A stretch of 64,000 bases of DNA from Candidatus Poriferihabitaceae bacterium (GTDB taxonomy: Bacteria; Pseudomonadota; Gammaproteobacteria; Arenicellales; Poriferihabitantaceae), in assembly GCA_965204165.1 (NCBI GenBank), contig OZ241969.1:498910-562909 (forward strand), in the 5' to 3' direction. This document shows, piece by piece, positions 1-10,407 of the stretch. How positions within the stretch are numbered: position 1 is the stretch's first letter; each line of letters begins with the position of its first letter. The translations under genes were made by a program, and so were the position numbers. The notes beneath the pieces were generated by a model. That model searched no databases and was not told where the DNA came from. It was given only the letters and a program-made list of their open reading frames with translations.

Positions 1-250
1 CCGTCTCGAATACGGCAAGCGCGATCTCGAGCAGCCAGCTCAGGGGCTGGGTCATCGGATCCAGCACGAAGCGCAGGGCGTCCTTGATCGCCAGGAACCC
101 CTCCTCGAGACCTTTCGTCAGGGCCCTCGACTGGATGATTCTCCCGCAGGCGTCGTTGAGGGCGTCCAGCGAGGGGAAAGGGAGTTCCCACAGCGTGGTT
201 TCCTTGGCTCCCCCCCCGCTGCTTTGGGCGAGCAGGTCGGCCATCGACAT
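1..250 (-). CDS. ABC transporter permease, N-terminal part (ProW/OpuAB-like); gene runs off the left edge
   Basis: My own reverse-strand translation from ATG 250 (or 244) gives MSMADLLAQSSGGGAKETTLWELPFPSLDALNDACGRIIQSRALTKGLEEGFLAIKDALRFVLDPMTQPLSWLLEIALAVFET... and stays open to position 1. It lies directly downstream of the binding-protein gene on the same strand and resembles the pre-TM1 region of betaine permeases. It is absent from the ORF track because it is truncated. Confidence 0.45.
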   Translation of the reverse strand, partial: MSMADLLAQSSGGGAKETTLWELPFPSLDALNDACGRIIQSRALTKGLEEGFLAIKDALRFVLDPMTQPLSWLLEIALAVFET

Positions 251-405
251 CGGCGCATCGCCGGCACCGCCGGAATCGCACCAGTCTCTCAGGCCGAGAC
301 CGTCGAAAACGAAGTCGTATGTCGCCAATTTACTTGTCAGGCGCAGCGCCCGGGCCGGTCAGAATCCGCCCCGGGCACTGGAATCGCATGGTGCATGATG
401 GTGAA

Positions 406-436
406 GTTGCACGGACACCTGCGGCGTCCGTGCAAC
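406..436 (-). other. intercistronic stem-loop between binding-protein and permease genes
   Basis: GTTGCACGGAC (406-416) and GTCCGTGCAAC (426-436) form a perfect 11-bp inverted repeat with a 9-nt loop. It lies a few nt downstream of the binding-protein stop on the minus strand. There is no U-tract, so it is more likely an mRNA-stabilising or attenuating hairpin than a full terminator. Confidence 0.45.
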
Positions 437-443
437 CACCCGC

Positions 444-1436
444 CTACTTGATCAGGCTGGCCAGCTTCTCACGGGCCGCGTCATTCACCCACTGTGACCA
501 GGTGTCAGACTGCGTGGTGAGGAAATAGACCGCAGCCTCTTCGGCAGATGCCTTGTTGTCCTCCTGCCAGGCAAGCAGGGCGCTCATCAGGTCGACGTCG
601 AAACTGATCTTGCTCATGAGTTCGGCAATGTCCGGCTTCTGCGCGGCCAGCTCCGCCGTGGAAACGGTCAGCACTGGCGCAGGCGGGAAGTCGGAGACGC
701 CGGGGGACGGGTTGTCCTTGTTCTGGTTGGCCGAGTGGACCATGGTGTCGATGTCGCCAATGGCCACCTTGGTCATGTTGTATTTGCCAAGAACGGAGGT
801 CGGTCCCCAGTAGTAGCCGAACCACGGCTCCTGGTTCTCATATGCGGCGGCGATCGAAGTCTGGAGTGTCTCGCCGGAACCATGGTTGAACACCTCGAAT
901 CCGGCACCCTCGAGCCCGAGGGCCTTGACCAGGTTATCGTTGACGATGCGGCAACCCCAGCCGTCCGGGCAATTGTTGAAACGCCCGCCGACCAGGTCGG
1001 GATTCGCCATGACGCCCTCGATCGTGGCCAGTTCCGGATGGGCGTCAGAGAGGTATTGGGGCACCCACCAGCCTTCCACGCCACCCGGCGCGATCACTTC
1101 CGCAAGGCGTGATACCTTGCCGTCGGCCTCCAGCTTTGCATAGACGTCGCCGGTCGAGTTCAGCCACAGCTCGGTCACGATATCCGGTTCGTTGTTCTCC
1201 GCCAGGGACGCCACCGACGTGGTGGTTGCGGACGGCACCTTTTCAATCGCACAGCCATAACCCTGTTCCATCAGGAACTTGGCAACCTCGGTGATGATCT
1301 GGGAGGAGGCCCAGTTCATCTCGGTGATGGACACTTCGCCGCAATCGGCATGCGAAGGGCCAGATGCGATCAGCATCAGGCCGGCAACGGCGCCGGCGAA
1401 TCCCCGAACAATCCTGCGTGAATAGTTTGAATACAT
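444..1436 (-). CDS. glycine betaine/proline-type ABC transporter substrate-binding protein (OpuAC/ProX family)
   Basis: 330-aa ORF with an ATG preceded by AGGAGG. It has an N-terminal signal peptide (AGLMLIASGPSHA/DCGE). The Trp-rich body (EMNWASSQ, GWWVPQYL, FGYYWGP) fits the betaine-binding fold as I recall it. Confidence 0.8.
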   Translation of the reverse strand: MYSNYSRRIVRGFAGAVAGLMLIASGPSHADCGEVSITEMNWASSQIITEVAKFLMEQGYGCAIEKVPSATTTSVASLAENNEPDIVTELWLNSTGDVYAKLEADGKVSRLAEVIAPGGVEGWWVPQYLSDAHPELATIEGVMANPDLVGGRFNNCPDGWGCRIVNDNLVKALGLEGAGFEVFNHGSGETLQTSIAAAYENQEPWFGYYWGPTSVLGKYNMTKVAIGDIDTMVHSANQNKDNPSPGVSDFPPAPVLTVSTAELAAQKPDIAELMSKISFDVDLMSALLAWQEDNKASAEEAAVYFLTTQSDTWSQWVNDAAREKLASLIK

Positions 1437-1667
1437 TGTCAGTTCCTCCTAGTGGTATTTGAGTGTCGCTCCTAGTTAATATCCAGTCGCTCGCATATTG
1501 TCCGATATTTCACGTTGATGCAAGAAGATGCTGTACCGATGTTGTACCGGCAGGGATAAAGACTGGTCGGAATTGAAACATAGGCACAGGGGCGACCGGC
1601 CGCAGGCGGTACGTTGCCCTGTCGCCTGGCGGTACAATCCAGACTCTTTCCGGGTGAGGCAATCCAC

Positions 1668-2441
1668 ATGAGCTGGTGGGGCAAACTGATCGGCGGCACC
1701 CTTGGCTTCCTGGTGGGCGGACCGCTGGGCGCGATGCTCGGCGCCTATTTCGGCCATGGCTTCGACAACCGGGCCGGTGGTTCGGCGCGCGCCCTTCCGG
1801 GCGACCAGGAAAGGGTGCAGACGATCTTCTTCGCCGCCACCTTCTCGGTCATGGGCCACCTCGCCAAGTCCGACGGCAAGGTCACCCGTGACGAGATCGA
1901 ACTTGCCAATGCGCTCATGAGCGAGATGCGGCTCGGGGCGGACCAGCGGCAGCTGGCGAGGACCCTCTTCAACCAGGGGAAGGAGCCGGGATTCGACTTC
2001 GACGGCGTGATCGAGCAGTTTCTCCAGGAATGCCACCGCCGCACGACACTGATCCGGATGTTCCTGGAGATCCAGGTGCAGGCCGCGTTCGCGGACGGGC
2101 GGCTGGACCCGGCGGAAAACCGTCTCCTGTCCAGGCTGGCGGAGATGCTGGGCTTCGATCAACAGACCCTCGAGCAGATCATCAACCTGGTCCGCGGCGC
2201 CGCCCACGCCCATGAGCAGCCGGGCAGGATCAGCGAGGCGGATGCCTACGAGATCCTCGGCGTCGACCCCGAGACCCCGACCGCGGAAATCCGCAAGGCC
2301 TACCGGCGCCTCCTCAGCCAGCATCATCCGGACAAGCTCGTATCCCGGGGACTGCCGGAAGAAATGGTCCGGCTCGCGAACGAGAAGACCGGCGAGATTC
2401 GCAAGGCCTGGGAAACGGTCCGGGAAGCGCGGGCGCAGTAG
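1668..2441 (+). CDS. djlA: co-chaperone DjlA (membrane-anchored J-domain protein)
   Basis: Start moved to ATG 1668 (MSWWGKLIGGTLGFLVGGPLGAMLG is the TM/Gly-rich N-terminus). There is a central TerB-like region and a C-terminal J domain with HPD (AYRRLLSQHHPDKL). Confidence 0.85.
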   Translation: MSWWGKLIGGTLGFLVGGPLGAMLGAYFGHGFDNRAGGSARALPGDQERVQTIFFAATFSVMGHLAKSDGKVTRDEIELANALMSEMRLGADQRQLARTLFNQGKEPGFDFDGVIEQFLQECHRRTTLIRMFLEIQVQAAFADGRLDPAENRLLSRLAEMLGFDQQTLEQIINLVRGAAHAHEQPGRISEADAYEILGVDPETPTAEIRKAYRRLLSQHHPDKLVSRGLPEEMVRLANEKTGEIRKAWETVREARAQ

Positions 2442-2455
2442 CTGGCGGAAGGACC

Positions 2456-3172
2456 ATGGGGAAGGAAAACGGAAAACCCGTCATCGTCTTCGTCGACCAC
2501 CATGAGAACCCCATGGACGACCGGGCGTGGACCTGCATCGGCGACATGGGACTGGGCCGCCGGCTGGTGTGTCCGTTTCGCGGGGAGGAGCTCGGCGACC
2601 CGGGTCCGGAGGTCGCGGGCACGGTGATCTACGGCGGCGCCCAGAATGTGGGCGAACAGGACCGCTTCCCCTTTCTCAGGGGAGAGATCCGGTGGATCGA
2701 ACGGTGCCTGGAAAAGGGTCTGCCGGTGCTCGGCCTGTGCCTTGGCGGACAGCTCCTGGCCCATGTCCTCGGCGCACGGGTGGGTGCACGGGTGCCCCGG
2801 GAATGCGAATTCGGGTACTACCCCCTGATGCCCACCGCCGCAGGGCTTGGCTGGCTGCCGGACGGTATGCACGTCACCCAGGCCCACTACGAGGAGTTCG
2901 ACATCCCGGCGGGAGCGGTTCACCTGGCCTCCAGCGAACGCTTCGCCCACCAGGCTTTCCGCTATGGCGAAAATGCCTTTGGCCTCCAGTTCCATCCGGA
3001 GATCAACAAGCAGGTATTCCGCCGCTGGCAGGCGTCCGACTGGGCGATGTTCGGCGTGCCGGGCGCCCAGGAAAAACACGAACAGGACCGCCTCATGGAT
3101 AAACATGACGATGTCCAGGGCCGCTGGTTTCGCGGTCTCCTGGAAAGCCTGTTCCATACAACCGCCGCCTGA
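2456..3172 (+). CDS. class I glutamine amidotransferase-like protein
   Basis: 238 aa with a GGAAGG SD. It has the nucleophile elbow GLCLGGQ and the downstream LQFHPE His/Glu pair typical of GATase1. Confidence 0.75.
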   Translation: MGKENGKPVIVFVDHHENPMDDRAWTCIGDMGLGRRLVCPFRGEELGDPGPEVAGTVIYGGAQNVGEQDRFPFLRGEIRWIERCLEKGLPVLGLCLGGQLLAHVLGARVGARVPRECEFGYYPLMPTAAGLGWLPDGMHVTQAHYEEFDIPAGAVHLASSERFAHQAFRYGENAFGLQFHPEINKQVFRRWQASDWAMFGVPGAQEKHEQDRLMDKHDDVQGRWFRGLLESLFHTTAA

Positions 3173-3511
3173 ATCCGTGCACCCGGTTCCGGCCGATGCC
3201 GCCCGACATGCACCCCTCCGGGCCCTGACCGGTATAATCGGCATGAAGACAGTCGTCCCGGTATTCGTCCAACCGCTCCGGCCCGATCGATACATGATGT
3301 CCGACGAACCGACACCCGCCACCCTGTGCGCCCAGCCGGCGGAAGGCCCGTATACGGCCGGCCGCCGGCCGGACCGGGCCCGCTCATCCGGTCCGGCCTT
3401 CCCCATCGGGGGCGGCGGCCCGGCCGCCGAAGTCCGATGAACAAGAGGCACGCCCGGCGCCGGTCCGGTCCGCCCGGCGGCAGACGCCGGCGGCGGTCAG
3501 AACGGCGGACG

Positions 3512-3691
3512 ATGGTCGACAACACCGTGCCCTCACCCTGCCAGTCCATCTGCCGTTTCGACGGCGAGCCCTTCTGTATCGGCTGCTATCGCGATGCCGA
3601 CGAGATCCGGGAATGGATGATCATGACCCGCAAACAGAAACTGGCCGTGCTGGAACAGCTGCCGGCCAGGCGCCGCGCCGCCGAACTGTAG
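3512..3691 (+). CDS. DUF1289 (YdhL-like) small Cys-rich protein
   Basis: MVDNTVPSPCQSICRFDGEPFCIGCYRDADEIREW matches the SPCxxxC...CxGC signature of DUF1289. The in-frame upstream ATG at 3437 would add an Arg-rich extension and is judged less likely. Confidence 0.6.
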   Translation: MVDNTVPSPCQSICRFDGEPFCIGCYRDADEIREWMIMTRKQKLAVLEQLPARRRAAEL

Positions 3692-3770
3692 CCGGCGAAA
3701 ACCGGGGAAGCCGGCAGGGTCCGGACGAATCCGCAGCGGGGACGCCCCAGCCGGACGCCCCCCGGGAAAC

Positions 3771-5315
3771 CTACCGGGACAGCTGCGGCAGCACGGAGAG
3801 GTCCCCGGCCACCAGGCCGCCGGTTACGAGTTCCCGGGCGACACTGAGTTCATCCGCCAGGTAGCGGTCCCCGGCCAGTGCCGGGACGCGCTCGCGCAGC
3901 ATGGCGATGACCCGCCGGAGCGGCGCGCTGGTCTCAAGGGGCGCGCGGAACCCGATCCCCTGGGCGCTGACCAGCAGTTCGATGCCGACGATCTGGGCGA
4001 GGTTCCGGTTCATGTCCAGCAGCCGTCTTGCGCCGTGGCATGCCATGGAGACGTGGTCCTCCTGGTTGGCGCTGGTGGGTGTGGAATCCACGGAACAGGG
4101 CGCGGCCTTCTGCTTGTTTTCCGCCATCAGCGCGGCGGCGGTGACCTCCGCCACCATGAATCCCGAATTGAGGCCCGGTTCCGGCGACAGGAATGCCGGC
4201 AGCCCGTAGTTCAGGGCCGGATCCACCATGGTGGCGATGCGTCGCTCGGTGATGGCACCGATTTCCGAGACGGCAAGCGCGATCTGGTCGGCGGCGAACG
4301 CCACCGGTTCGGCATGGAAGTTCCCGCCGGACACGATCCGCCCGCCCTCAAGGATCACCAGCGGATTGTCCGTCACCGCATTGGCCTCGATTTCCAGGGT
4401 GGCGGCCGCATGGCGCAACTGGTCGATGCAGGCGCCCATGACCTGGGGCTGGCAGCGCAGGCAGTAGGGGTCCTGAACCCGGTGATCGTTTTCCCTGTGG
4501 GACTCGCGGATTTCGGAATCCCTGAGCAACAAGCGCAGGGCGTCCGCCGCGTCGGCCTGGCCCCGGTGTCCCCGCAGGGCGTGGATTTCGGGACTGAACG
4601 GCTCCGTGGACGCCATCATCGCGTCGCTGGCCATGGCGCCCGTCACCAGGGAACTGCACGCCGCCCGCCAGGCGTCCAGGACGCCCGCAAGGGCCAGTGC
4701 CGCGGAGACCTGGGTGCCGTTGATGAGTCCCAGCCCCTCCTTGGGGCCGAGGACCACGGGCGCGAGGCCGGCCCGCTCGAGGGCGCGGCCGGCCGGCATT
4801 TCCTGCCCCTCCAGCCTGGCCCGGCCCTCGCCCATCATGGCGGCGGTCAGGTGCGCCAGGGGTGCGAGGTCGCCGGACGCACCCACCGAACCCTGACCGG
4901 GAATGACGGGCAGTATCCCCTCATTCAGCATGTCCAGGAGCTGCCGGACAATGGTCCAGCGCACCCCGGAAGCGCCGCGGGCAAGGGAATTGATCTTGAG
5001 CAGCATCACCAGCCGCACAACCTCGTCGGGCAGCGCCTCGCCCACCCCGCAGCAGTGGGACATGATCAGGTTCCGCTGCAGGGTCTCGGTTTCCCCGGCG
5101 TCGATCAGGGTGGTGGCCAGTTTGCCGAAGCCGGTGTTCACGCCGTACACCGCGGCTTCGCCGGCGGCGGCCCGCTCGACGATTCGCGCCGCCCGGTCCA
5201 CGTCCTGCCGGGCTCCGTCATCCAGGGCAACCGTGCCCTGGCGCCGGTAGTGCGATTCCAGGTCCGCGAGCGTCAGCGTGCCCGGGACCAGCTTGAGTGG
5301 GTCGGAGGAAGTCAT
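3771..5315 (-). CDS. hutH: histidine ammonia-lyase
   Basis: 514 aa with the canonical MIO triad in [30 protein letters not shown] and NQEDHVSM motifs are present. Its start overlaps the hutF stop (ATGA). Confidence 0.95.
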   Translation of the reverse strand: MTSSDPLKLVPGTLTLADLESHYRRQGTVALDDGARQDVDRAARIVERAAAGEAAVYGVNTGFGKLATTLIDAGETETLQRNLIMSHCCGVGEALPDEVVRLVMLLKINSLARGASGVRWTIVRQLLDMLNEGILPVIPGQGSVGASGDLAPLAHLTAAMMGEGRARLEGQEMPAGRALERAGLAPVVLGPKEGLGLINGTQVSAALALAGVLDAWRAACSSLVTGAMASDAMMASTEPFSPEIHALRGHRGQADAADALRLLLRDSEIRESHRENDHRVQDPYCLRCQPQVMGACIDQLRHAAATLEIEANAVTDNPLVILEGGRIVSGGNFHAEPVAFAADQIALAVSEIGAITERRIATMVDPALNYGLPAFLSPEPGLNSGFMVAEVTAAALMAENKQKAAPCSVDSTPTSANQEDHVSMACHGARRLLDMNRNLAQIVGIELLVSAQGIGFRAPLETSAPLRRVIAMLRERVPALAGDRYLADELSVARELVTGGLVAGDLSVLPQLSR

Positions 5316-6697
5316 TGCGCCAGTTGGTTGATAGTCTGCCGAAACCGTTGAAGAACGTCGAGCCGCCCGGGATGACAGCCGTCCCGGACCACCGGCTTGC
5401 CGGCCACATAGACATCGGTCAGCGGGTTTTCATTGCCCGAAAAGACCCAGCTGTCCACCAGTGCGCCCCTTTGCCGCCCCAGGGTGCGCGGCAGGTCGGG
5501 ATCGAGGACGATGAAGTCGGCCCGGGCTCCCGGGCGGATGGCGCCGCCGTCGATGCCGCAGGCCCGGGCACCGCCGAGCGCGCTTTTGGTCAGCAGGTTC
5601 TCGCCGGTGTGCGGACTGTCGCATCCCGCGCCGGCCAGCAGGTTGCGCCCCCGGTGCTGCAGCCTTTGTCCGTATTCCAGCCAGCGCAGCTCCTCCACCG
5701 GGCTGACGGAGATGTGGCTGTCCGAGCCGATCCCGAAACAGCCGCCCTCGCGGAGGAAAGCCGGCGCCGGGAAGATCCCGTCACCCAGGTTGGCCTCGGT
5801 GGTGGGGCACAGCCCCGCCACCGCGCCGGATGCCGCTATCCGGCCGGTTTCCCCGTCGGTGATGTGGGTGGCGTGGACCAGGCACCAGTCCGGGCCGGGG
5901 GAGAATTGATCGTACAGCCACTCCACCGGACGCCTGCCGCTGAACGACAGGCATTCGTCCACTTCCCGCACCTGTTCCGCGACATGGATATGGACGGGCC
6001 GCCCAGCCGGGGCTCCGTCCAGGACCTCGCGCAGCAGGTCCTCGTCCACCGCCCTCAGTGAATGGGGTGCGATGCCGAGTTGCTGACCGGGCTCCAGCCC
6101 GCCCTCGAGCCCGGCGACGATCTCGAGGAAGCCGTCCGCGTCGTTGATGAACCGCTTCTGTCCTTCGCCCGGCGGCAGGGAGCCGAACCCGCCGAACCGG
6201 TAGAGCACCGGCAGCGCGGTGAAGCCGATTCCGGTGTCCCGCGCGGCCCGGGCGCACTGGCGGGTCATTTCCGCCCTGTCGTCATAGGGCCGGCCGGCCG
6301 GATCGTGGTGCAGGTACTGGAACTCGGCGACATGGGTATACCCCGCCTCCAGCATCTCCAGGTAGAGCATCCTGGCGATATGGTACAGCTGGTCGGGCGT
6401 GATTCGTGCCAGCATCCCGTACATGGCCTTGCGCCAGGTCCAGAAGGAATCGTCGACGTCGCCGGCAAGTTCCCCCAGCCCGGCCATGGCCCGCTGGTGG
6501 GCATGGGAATGGAGATTGGGAATTCCGGGCAGCACGACCCCGTCCAGCCGTACCGTGTCCGGGTCCGCATCCTTCAGCCGGATTCCGCTTCGCACCGTAT
6601 CGAAGACGCCGCTCCCGTTCACCCGGAAATGCACGTCTTCCGCCCAGCCGTCGACCAGCAAAACCGATGAACACCAATAGTTTCCTGGCCGGGCCAT
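5312..6697 (-). CDS. hutF: formimidoylglutamate deiminase
   Basis: Amidohydrolase fold with [15 protein letters not shown]. Start set to ATG 6697 ([18 protein letters not shown]...), which matches the usual HutF N-terminus. The longer ORF start at 6745 would overlap hutI. Confidence 0.85.
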   Translation of the reverse strand: MARPGNYWCSSVLLVDGWAEDVHFRVNGSGVFDTVRSGIRLKDADPDTVRLDGVVLPGIPNLHSHAHQRAMAGLGELAGDVDDSFWTWRKAMYGMLARITPDQLYHIARMLYLEMLEAGYTHVAEFQYLHHDPAGRPYDDRAEMTRQCARAARDTGIGFTALPVLYRFGGFGSLPPGEGQKRFINDADGFLEIVAGLEGGLEPGQQLGIAPHSLRAVDEDLLREVLDGAPAGRPVHIHVAEQVREVDECLSFSGRRPVEWLYDQFSPGPDWCLVHATHITDGETGRIAASGAVAGLCPTTEANLGDGIFPAPAFLREGGCFGIGSDSHISVSPVEELRWLEYGQRLQHRGRNLLAGAGCDSPHTGENLLTKSALGGARACGIDGGAIRPGARADFIVLDPDLPRTLGRQRGALVDSWVFSGNENPLTDVYVAGKPVVRDGCHPGRLDVLQRFRQTINQLAQ

Positions 6698-6743
6698 TGT
6701 GCGACTTGCTTTAGCGGGAACGGCAGTATAGCATACCAGATAC

Positions 6744-7970
6744 ATGTATATACAACTGCTTCAGAACACCCTGCTGGCCCGGCTGGTTGACGGGAACGAC
6801 TACCACCTGTTGCCGGATGCAACCGTGGTGATCGAAGACGATCGCATTGCCTGGGCCGGCCCGGACGCGAATCTTCCCGACCGCTACCGCGGGGCGGACC
6901 GTCTCGACTGCGGCGGACGGCTGCTGACACCCGGACTGATCGACTGCCACACCCACCTGGTCTACGGCGGCAACCGCGCCGGGGAGTTCGAGCGCCGCCT
7001 CCAGGGCGAGGACTACGGGGAAATCGCCCGCCAGGGAGGCGGCATCATGGCCACCGTCCGTGCGACCCGCTCCGCCACCGTGGACGACCTGGTGGTGCAG
7101 TCCCGGCCGCGCCTCGGGGCGCTGGTCGCGGAAGGTGTCACCACCGTGGAAATCAAGTCCGGCTACGGGCTCGAACGGGACACGGAAATCCGCATGCTCG
7201 AGGCCGCGGGGCGCCTTTGCCGGGAAGCGGGCGTTCGCTGCCAGCGGACCTTCCTGGGCGCCCACGCCCTCCCCCCCGAGTTCTCCGGCCGCGCCGACGA
7301 CTACATTGCCCTCGTTTGCGATGACATGCTGCCGCAAGCGGCGGCGGCGGGCGTGGTGGACGCCGTGGACGCCTTCTGCGAGCACATCGCCTTCAGTGTC
7401 GCGCAGACCGAGAGGGTCTTCGACCGGGCACAGGACCTGGGCCTGCCGGTGAAATGCCACGCCGAACAGCTCTCGCACATGGGCGGCGCGGTGATGAGCG
7501 CATCCCGGGGGGCACTGTCCGTCGACCACATCGAGTACCTGCCGGCCGAAAGCGTCGGCAGCCTGGCCGAAGGGAATACCGTGGCCGTGCTGCTGCCCGG
7601 CGCGTTCTATATCCTGAAGGAACGGCAGCTCCCGCCCGTGGCGGCACTGCGGGAACACGGCGTTCCGATCGCGCTCGCCACCGATGCGAACCCGGGCTCC
7701 TCCCCCGTGTTCTCGCCGCTGCTCATCATGAACATGGGCTGCACCCTTTTCGGCCTCACCCCCCTTGAGGCCCTGGCGGGCTTCACCATCAACGCGGCCA
7801 GGGCCCTCGGTCTTGCGGATCGCATCGGCTCCATCGAGCCCGGCAAGGCGGCGGACCTGGCCCTGTGGAACTGCGGCCACCCGGCGGAACTCAGTTACCA
7901 CGTCGGGCTCAACTCCTGTGCGGGGGTGGTCCAGGGCGGCCAGTGGCGGGGCGGGAGGCCGCCGGCATGA
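6744..7970 (+). CDS. hutI: imidazolonepropionase
   Basis: 408 aa with GLIDCHTHLVYGG, KCHAEQLS and ATDANPGSSP motifs of HutI. An in-frame stop lies 5 codons upstream, so ATG 6744 is the only possible start. Confidence 0.9.
   Translation: MYIQLLQNTLLARLVDGNDYHLLPDATVVIEDDRIAWAGPDANLPDRYRGADRLDCGGRLLTPGLIDCHTHLVYGGNRAGEFERRLQGEDYGEIARQGGGIMATVRATRSATVDDLVVQSRPRLGALVAEGVTTVEIKSGYGLERDTEIRMLEAAGRLCREAGVRCQRTFLGAHALPPEFSGRADDYIALVCDDMLPQAAAAGVVDAVDAFCEHIAFSVAQTERVFDRAQDLGLPVKCHAEQLSHMGGAVMSASRGALSVDHIEYLPAESVGSLAEGNTVAVLLPGAFYILKERQLPPVAALREHGVPIALATDANPGSSPVFSPLLIMNMGCTLFGLTPLEALAGFTINAARALGLADRIGSIEPGKAADLALWNCGHPAELSYHVGLNSCAGVVQGGQWRGGRPPA
6745..6754. promoter_or_regulatory. candidate HutC operator (perfect palindrome TGTATATACA)
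   Basis: 10-bp perfect palindrome at the hutI edge of the 46-bp hutF/hutI divergent region, overlapping the hutI ATG (6744). It matches the TGTA-N2-TACA core of enterobacterial and pseudomonad hut operators as I remember them. A hutC repressor gene is in the same locus. Confidence 0.45.
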
Positions 7971-8722
7971 ACCTCGCCGAACTGCAGCACCTGGACCGGA
8001 ACATCGCGTTGCCGCTGTACCAGCAGATCAAGCGCAACATCCGCACCAGCATCCGCAAAAGGCAGTGGCAGCCGGGCACCCGGCTGCCGTCGGAAAACGC
8101 GCTGGTGAACGGTCTTGGCGTCAGCCGCATGACCGTACACCGGGCGCTGCGCGAACTGACCCAGGAAGGCCTGCTCGAGAGAGTGCACGGCCTCGGCACG
8201 TTCGTCGCCAAGCCGCCGCGCCACGCCAGCCTGATCACCCTGCAGGACATCGCCGACGAGATCCGCGAGGCGGGATTCACCCACAACTGTGAAGTGCTCG
8301 AACTCGGGACCGTGAAGGCCGACGCCGCCCGGGCCGGGCTCATGGAGGTGGCCGAGGACGACGGGCTGTACCGCCTCCTCGCGGTCCACTTCCAGGACCG
8401 GGAACCCATCCAGGTCGAGGACCGCCTGGTGAGCCCTTCCCTGGCGCCGGAATTCATCGGACAGGATTTTTCCCGGCATACCGCCACGCAATACCTCGTC
8501 GACCTGATAAAACCGGACGAGATGGAACACATCGTCCAGGCGGTGCTGCCGGACCACTGGACCGCGCAGGCCCTGAACATGGATCCCGCCGAACCCTGCC
8601 TGCAGCTCAACCGCCGGACCTGGAAGGGCGGTCGGGTCGTCACCGGGGTCCGCCTGACCTATCCCGGGTACCGCTATGCCCTGGCGGCCCGTTACCAGAC
8701 CGACCAGTTCACCATCCGCTGA
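7967..8722 (+). CDS. hutC: histidine utilisation repressor (GntR/HutC family)
   Basis: Start moved to ATG 7967 ([25 protein letters not shown]...). It overlaps the hutI stop (ATGA). It has a wHTH ([26 protein letters not shown]) followed by a UTRA-type C-terminal domain. Confidence 0.85.
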   Translation: MNLAELQHLDRNIALPLYQQIKRNIRTSIRKRQWQPGTRLPSENALVNGLGVSRMTVHRALRELTQEGLLERVHGLGTFVAKPPRHASLITLQDIADEIREAGFTHNCEVLELGTVKADAARAGLMEVAEDDGLYRLLAVHFQDREPIQVEDRLVSPSLAPEFIGQDFSRHTATQYLVDLIKPDEMEHIVQAVLPDHWTAQALNMDPAEPCLQLNRRTWKGGRVVTGVRLTYPGYRYALAARYQTDQFTIR

Positions 8723-8733
8723 TCCGCCGAACC

Positions 8734-10407
8734 ATGAAAAGAACCCGCACCGATGACACCCGACGCGTCTCCGCCCCCCGGGGGTCCACCCTGCAGTGCA
8801 AGAGCTGGCTCACCGAGGCGGCCTTTCGCATGATCCAGAACAATCTCGATGCCGAGGTGGCGGAGAATCCGGCGGAACTGATCGTCTATGGCGGCATGGG
8901 CCGCGCCGCCCGGGACTGGGAAAGCTTCGACCGGATCCTGGAGTGCCTGCGGGAACTCGAGGATCACCAGACCCTGCTGGTGCAGTCCGGCAAGCCGGTG
9001 GGGGTCTTTGAAACCCACGCCGACGCGCCCCGGGTACTGATCGCCAATTCCAACCTGGTGCCCGCCTGGGCGAACTGGGATCATTTCAACGAACTGGACC
9101 GCAAGGGCCTCATGATGTACGGCCAGATGACGGCGGGATCCTGGATCTACATCGGCAGCCAGGGCATCGTGCAGGGCACCTATGAAACCTTCGCCGAGGC
9201 GGGCCGCCAGCACTACGGCGGCAAGACCTCCGGCAGATGGGTGCTGACATCCGGTCTCGGCGGCATGGGCGGCGCCCAGCCCCTGGCGGCCACCATGGCG
9301 GGCTTCAGCATTCTCTGCGTGGAATGCGACGAGAGCCGCATCGAATTCAGACTCCGCACCGGCTATCTCGACAAGCGCGCCGCTCATCTTGATGAGGCCC
9401 TGGCCATGATCCGCAGCGCCTGCGAGGCCGGCGAAGCGGTGTCCGTGGGATTGCTCGGCAACGGCGGGGAGATCCTGCCGGAGCTGGTGAGACGCGGGGT
9501 GAAGCCGGATCTCGTCACGGACCAGACCTCGGCCCACGACCCGGTAAACGGCTACCTGCCGGCAGGCTGGACCCTTGGCCGGTGGCACTCGGAACGCCGG
9601 AAGAACCCGCAGCTCGTGGTGGAACAGGCCCGCCGATCCATGGCCGACCATGTCAATGCCATGCTCGCGTTCCACAAGCAGGGAATTCCCACGGTGGACT
9701 ACGGCAACAACATACGCCAGGAGGCCATGAATTACGGCGTGGAAAACGCCTTCGACTTCCCCGGGTTCGTGCCGGCCTACGTGCGGCCGCTGTTCTGCCG
9801 CGGCGTGGGGCCGTTCCGCTGGGTGGCGCTGTCCGGCGACCCGGAGGACATCTACCGGACCGATGCCAAGGTCAAGGAAATGGTGCCGGACGACCCCCAT
9901 CTGCACCACTGGCTCGACATGGCCCAGGAACGCATCCGCTTCCAGGGCCTGCCGGCGCGCATCTGCTGGGTCGGTCTCGGCATCCGCCACCGGCTGGGAC
10001 TGGCCTTCAACGAGATGGTCCGGACCGGGGAACTGAAAGCACCGGTCGTCATCGGCCGCGACCACCTGGATTCCGGCTCCGTGGCCAGCCCCAACCGGGA
10101 GACGGAACTGATGCTCGACGGTTCCGACGCGGTGTCGGACTGGCCCTTCCTGAATGCCATGCTGAACACCGCCAGCGGCGCCACCTGGGTGTCGCTTCAC
10201 CACGGCGGCGGTGTCGGCATGGGCTACTCCCAGCATGCCGGACTGGTGATCGTCTGTGACGGCAGCGAAGACGCCGACCGGCGAATCGCGCGGGTCCTGT
10301 GGAACGATCCCGCCAGCGGTGTCATGCGGCACGCGGATGCCGGATACCAGGACGCACGGCGATGCGCCCGGGAGATGGGTCTCAACCTCGGCGCCATCGA
10401 CCTGTGA
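8734..10407 (+). CDS. hutU: urocanate hydratase
   Basis: 557 aa that reads as typical urocanase throughout ([45 protein letters not shown]). Confidence 0.95.
   Translation: MKRTRTDDTRRVSAPRGSTLQCKSWLTEAAFRMIQNNLDAEVAENPAELIVYGGMGRAARDWESFDRILECLRELEDHQTLLVQSGKPVGVFETHADAPRVLIANSNLVPAWANWDHFNELDRKGLMMYGQMTAGSWIYIGSQGIVQGTYETFAEAGRQHYGGKTSGRWVLTSGLGGMGGAQPLAATMAGFSILCVECDESRIEFRLRTGYLDKRAAHLDEALAMIRSACEAGEAVSVGLLGNGGEILPELVRRGVKPDLVTDQTSAHDPVNGYLPAGWTLGRWHSERRKNPQLVVEQARRSMADHVNAMLAFHKQGIPTVDYGNNIRQEAMNYGVENAFDFPGFVPAYVRPLFCRGVGPFRWVALSGDPEDIYRTDAKVKEMVPDDPHLHHWLDMAQERIRFQGLPARICWVGLGIRHRLGLAFNEMVRTGELKAPVVIGRDHLDSGSVASPNRETELMLDGSDAVSDWPFLNAMLNTASGATWVSLHHGGGVGMGYSQHAGLVIVCDGSEDADRRIARVLWNDPASGVMRHADAGYQDARRCAREMGLNLGAIDL

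Noticed and set aside
84-528. Plus-strand ORFs 84-398, 224-451 and 319-528 at the left edge
   Set aside because: They overlap the minus-strand permease N-terminus and the intercistronic region, have TTG/low-complexity starts, and show no motifs.
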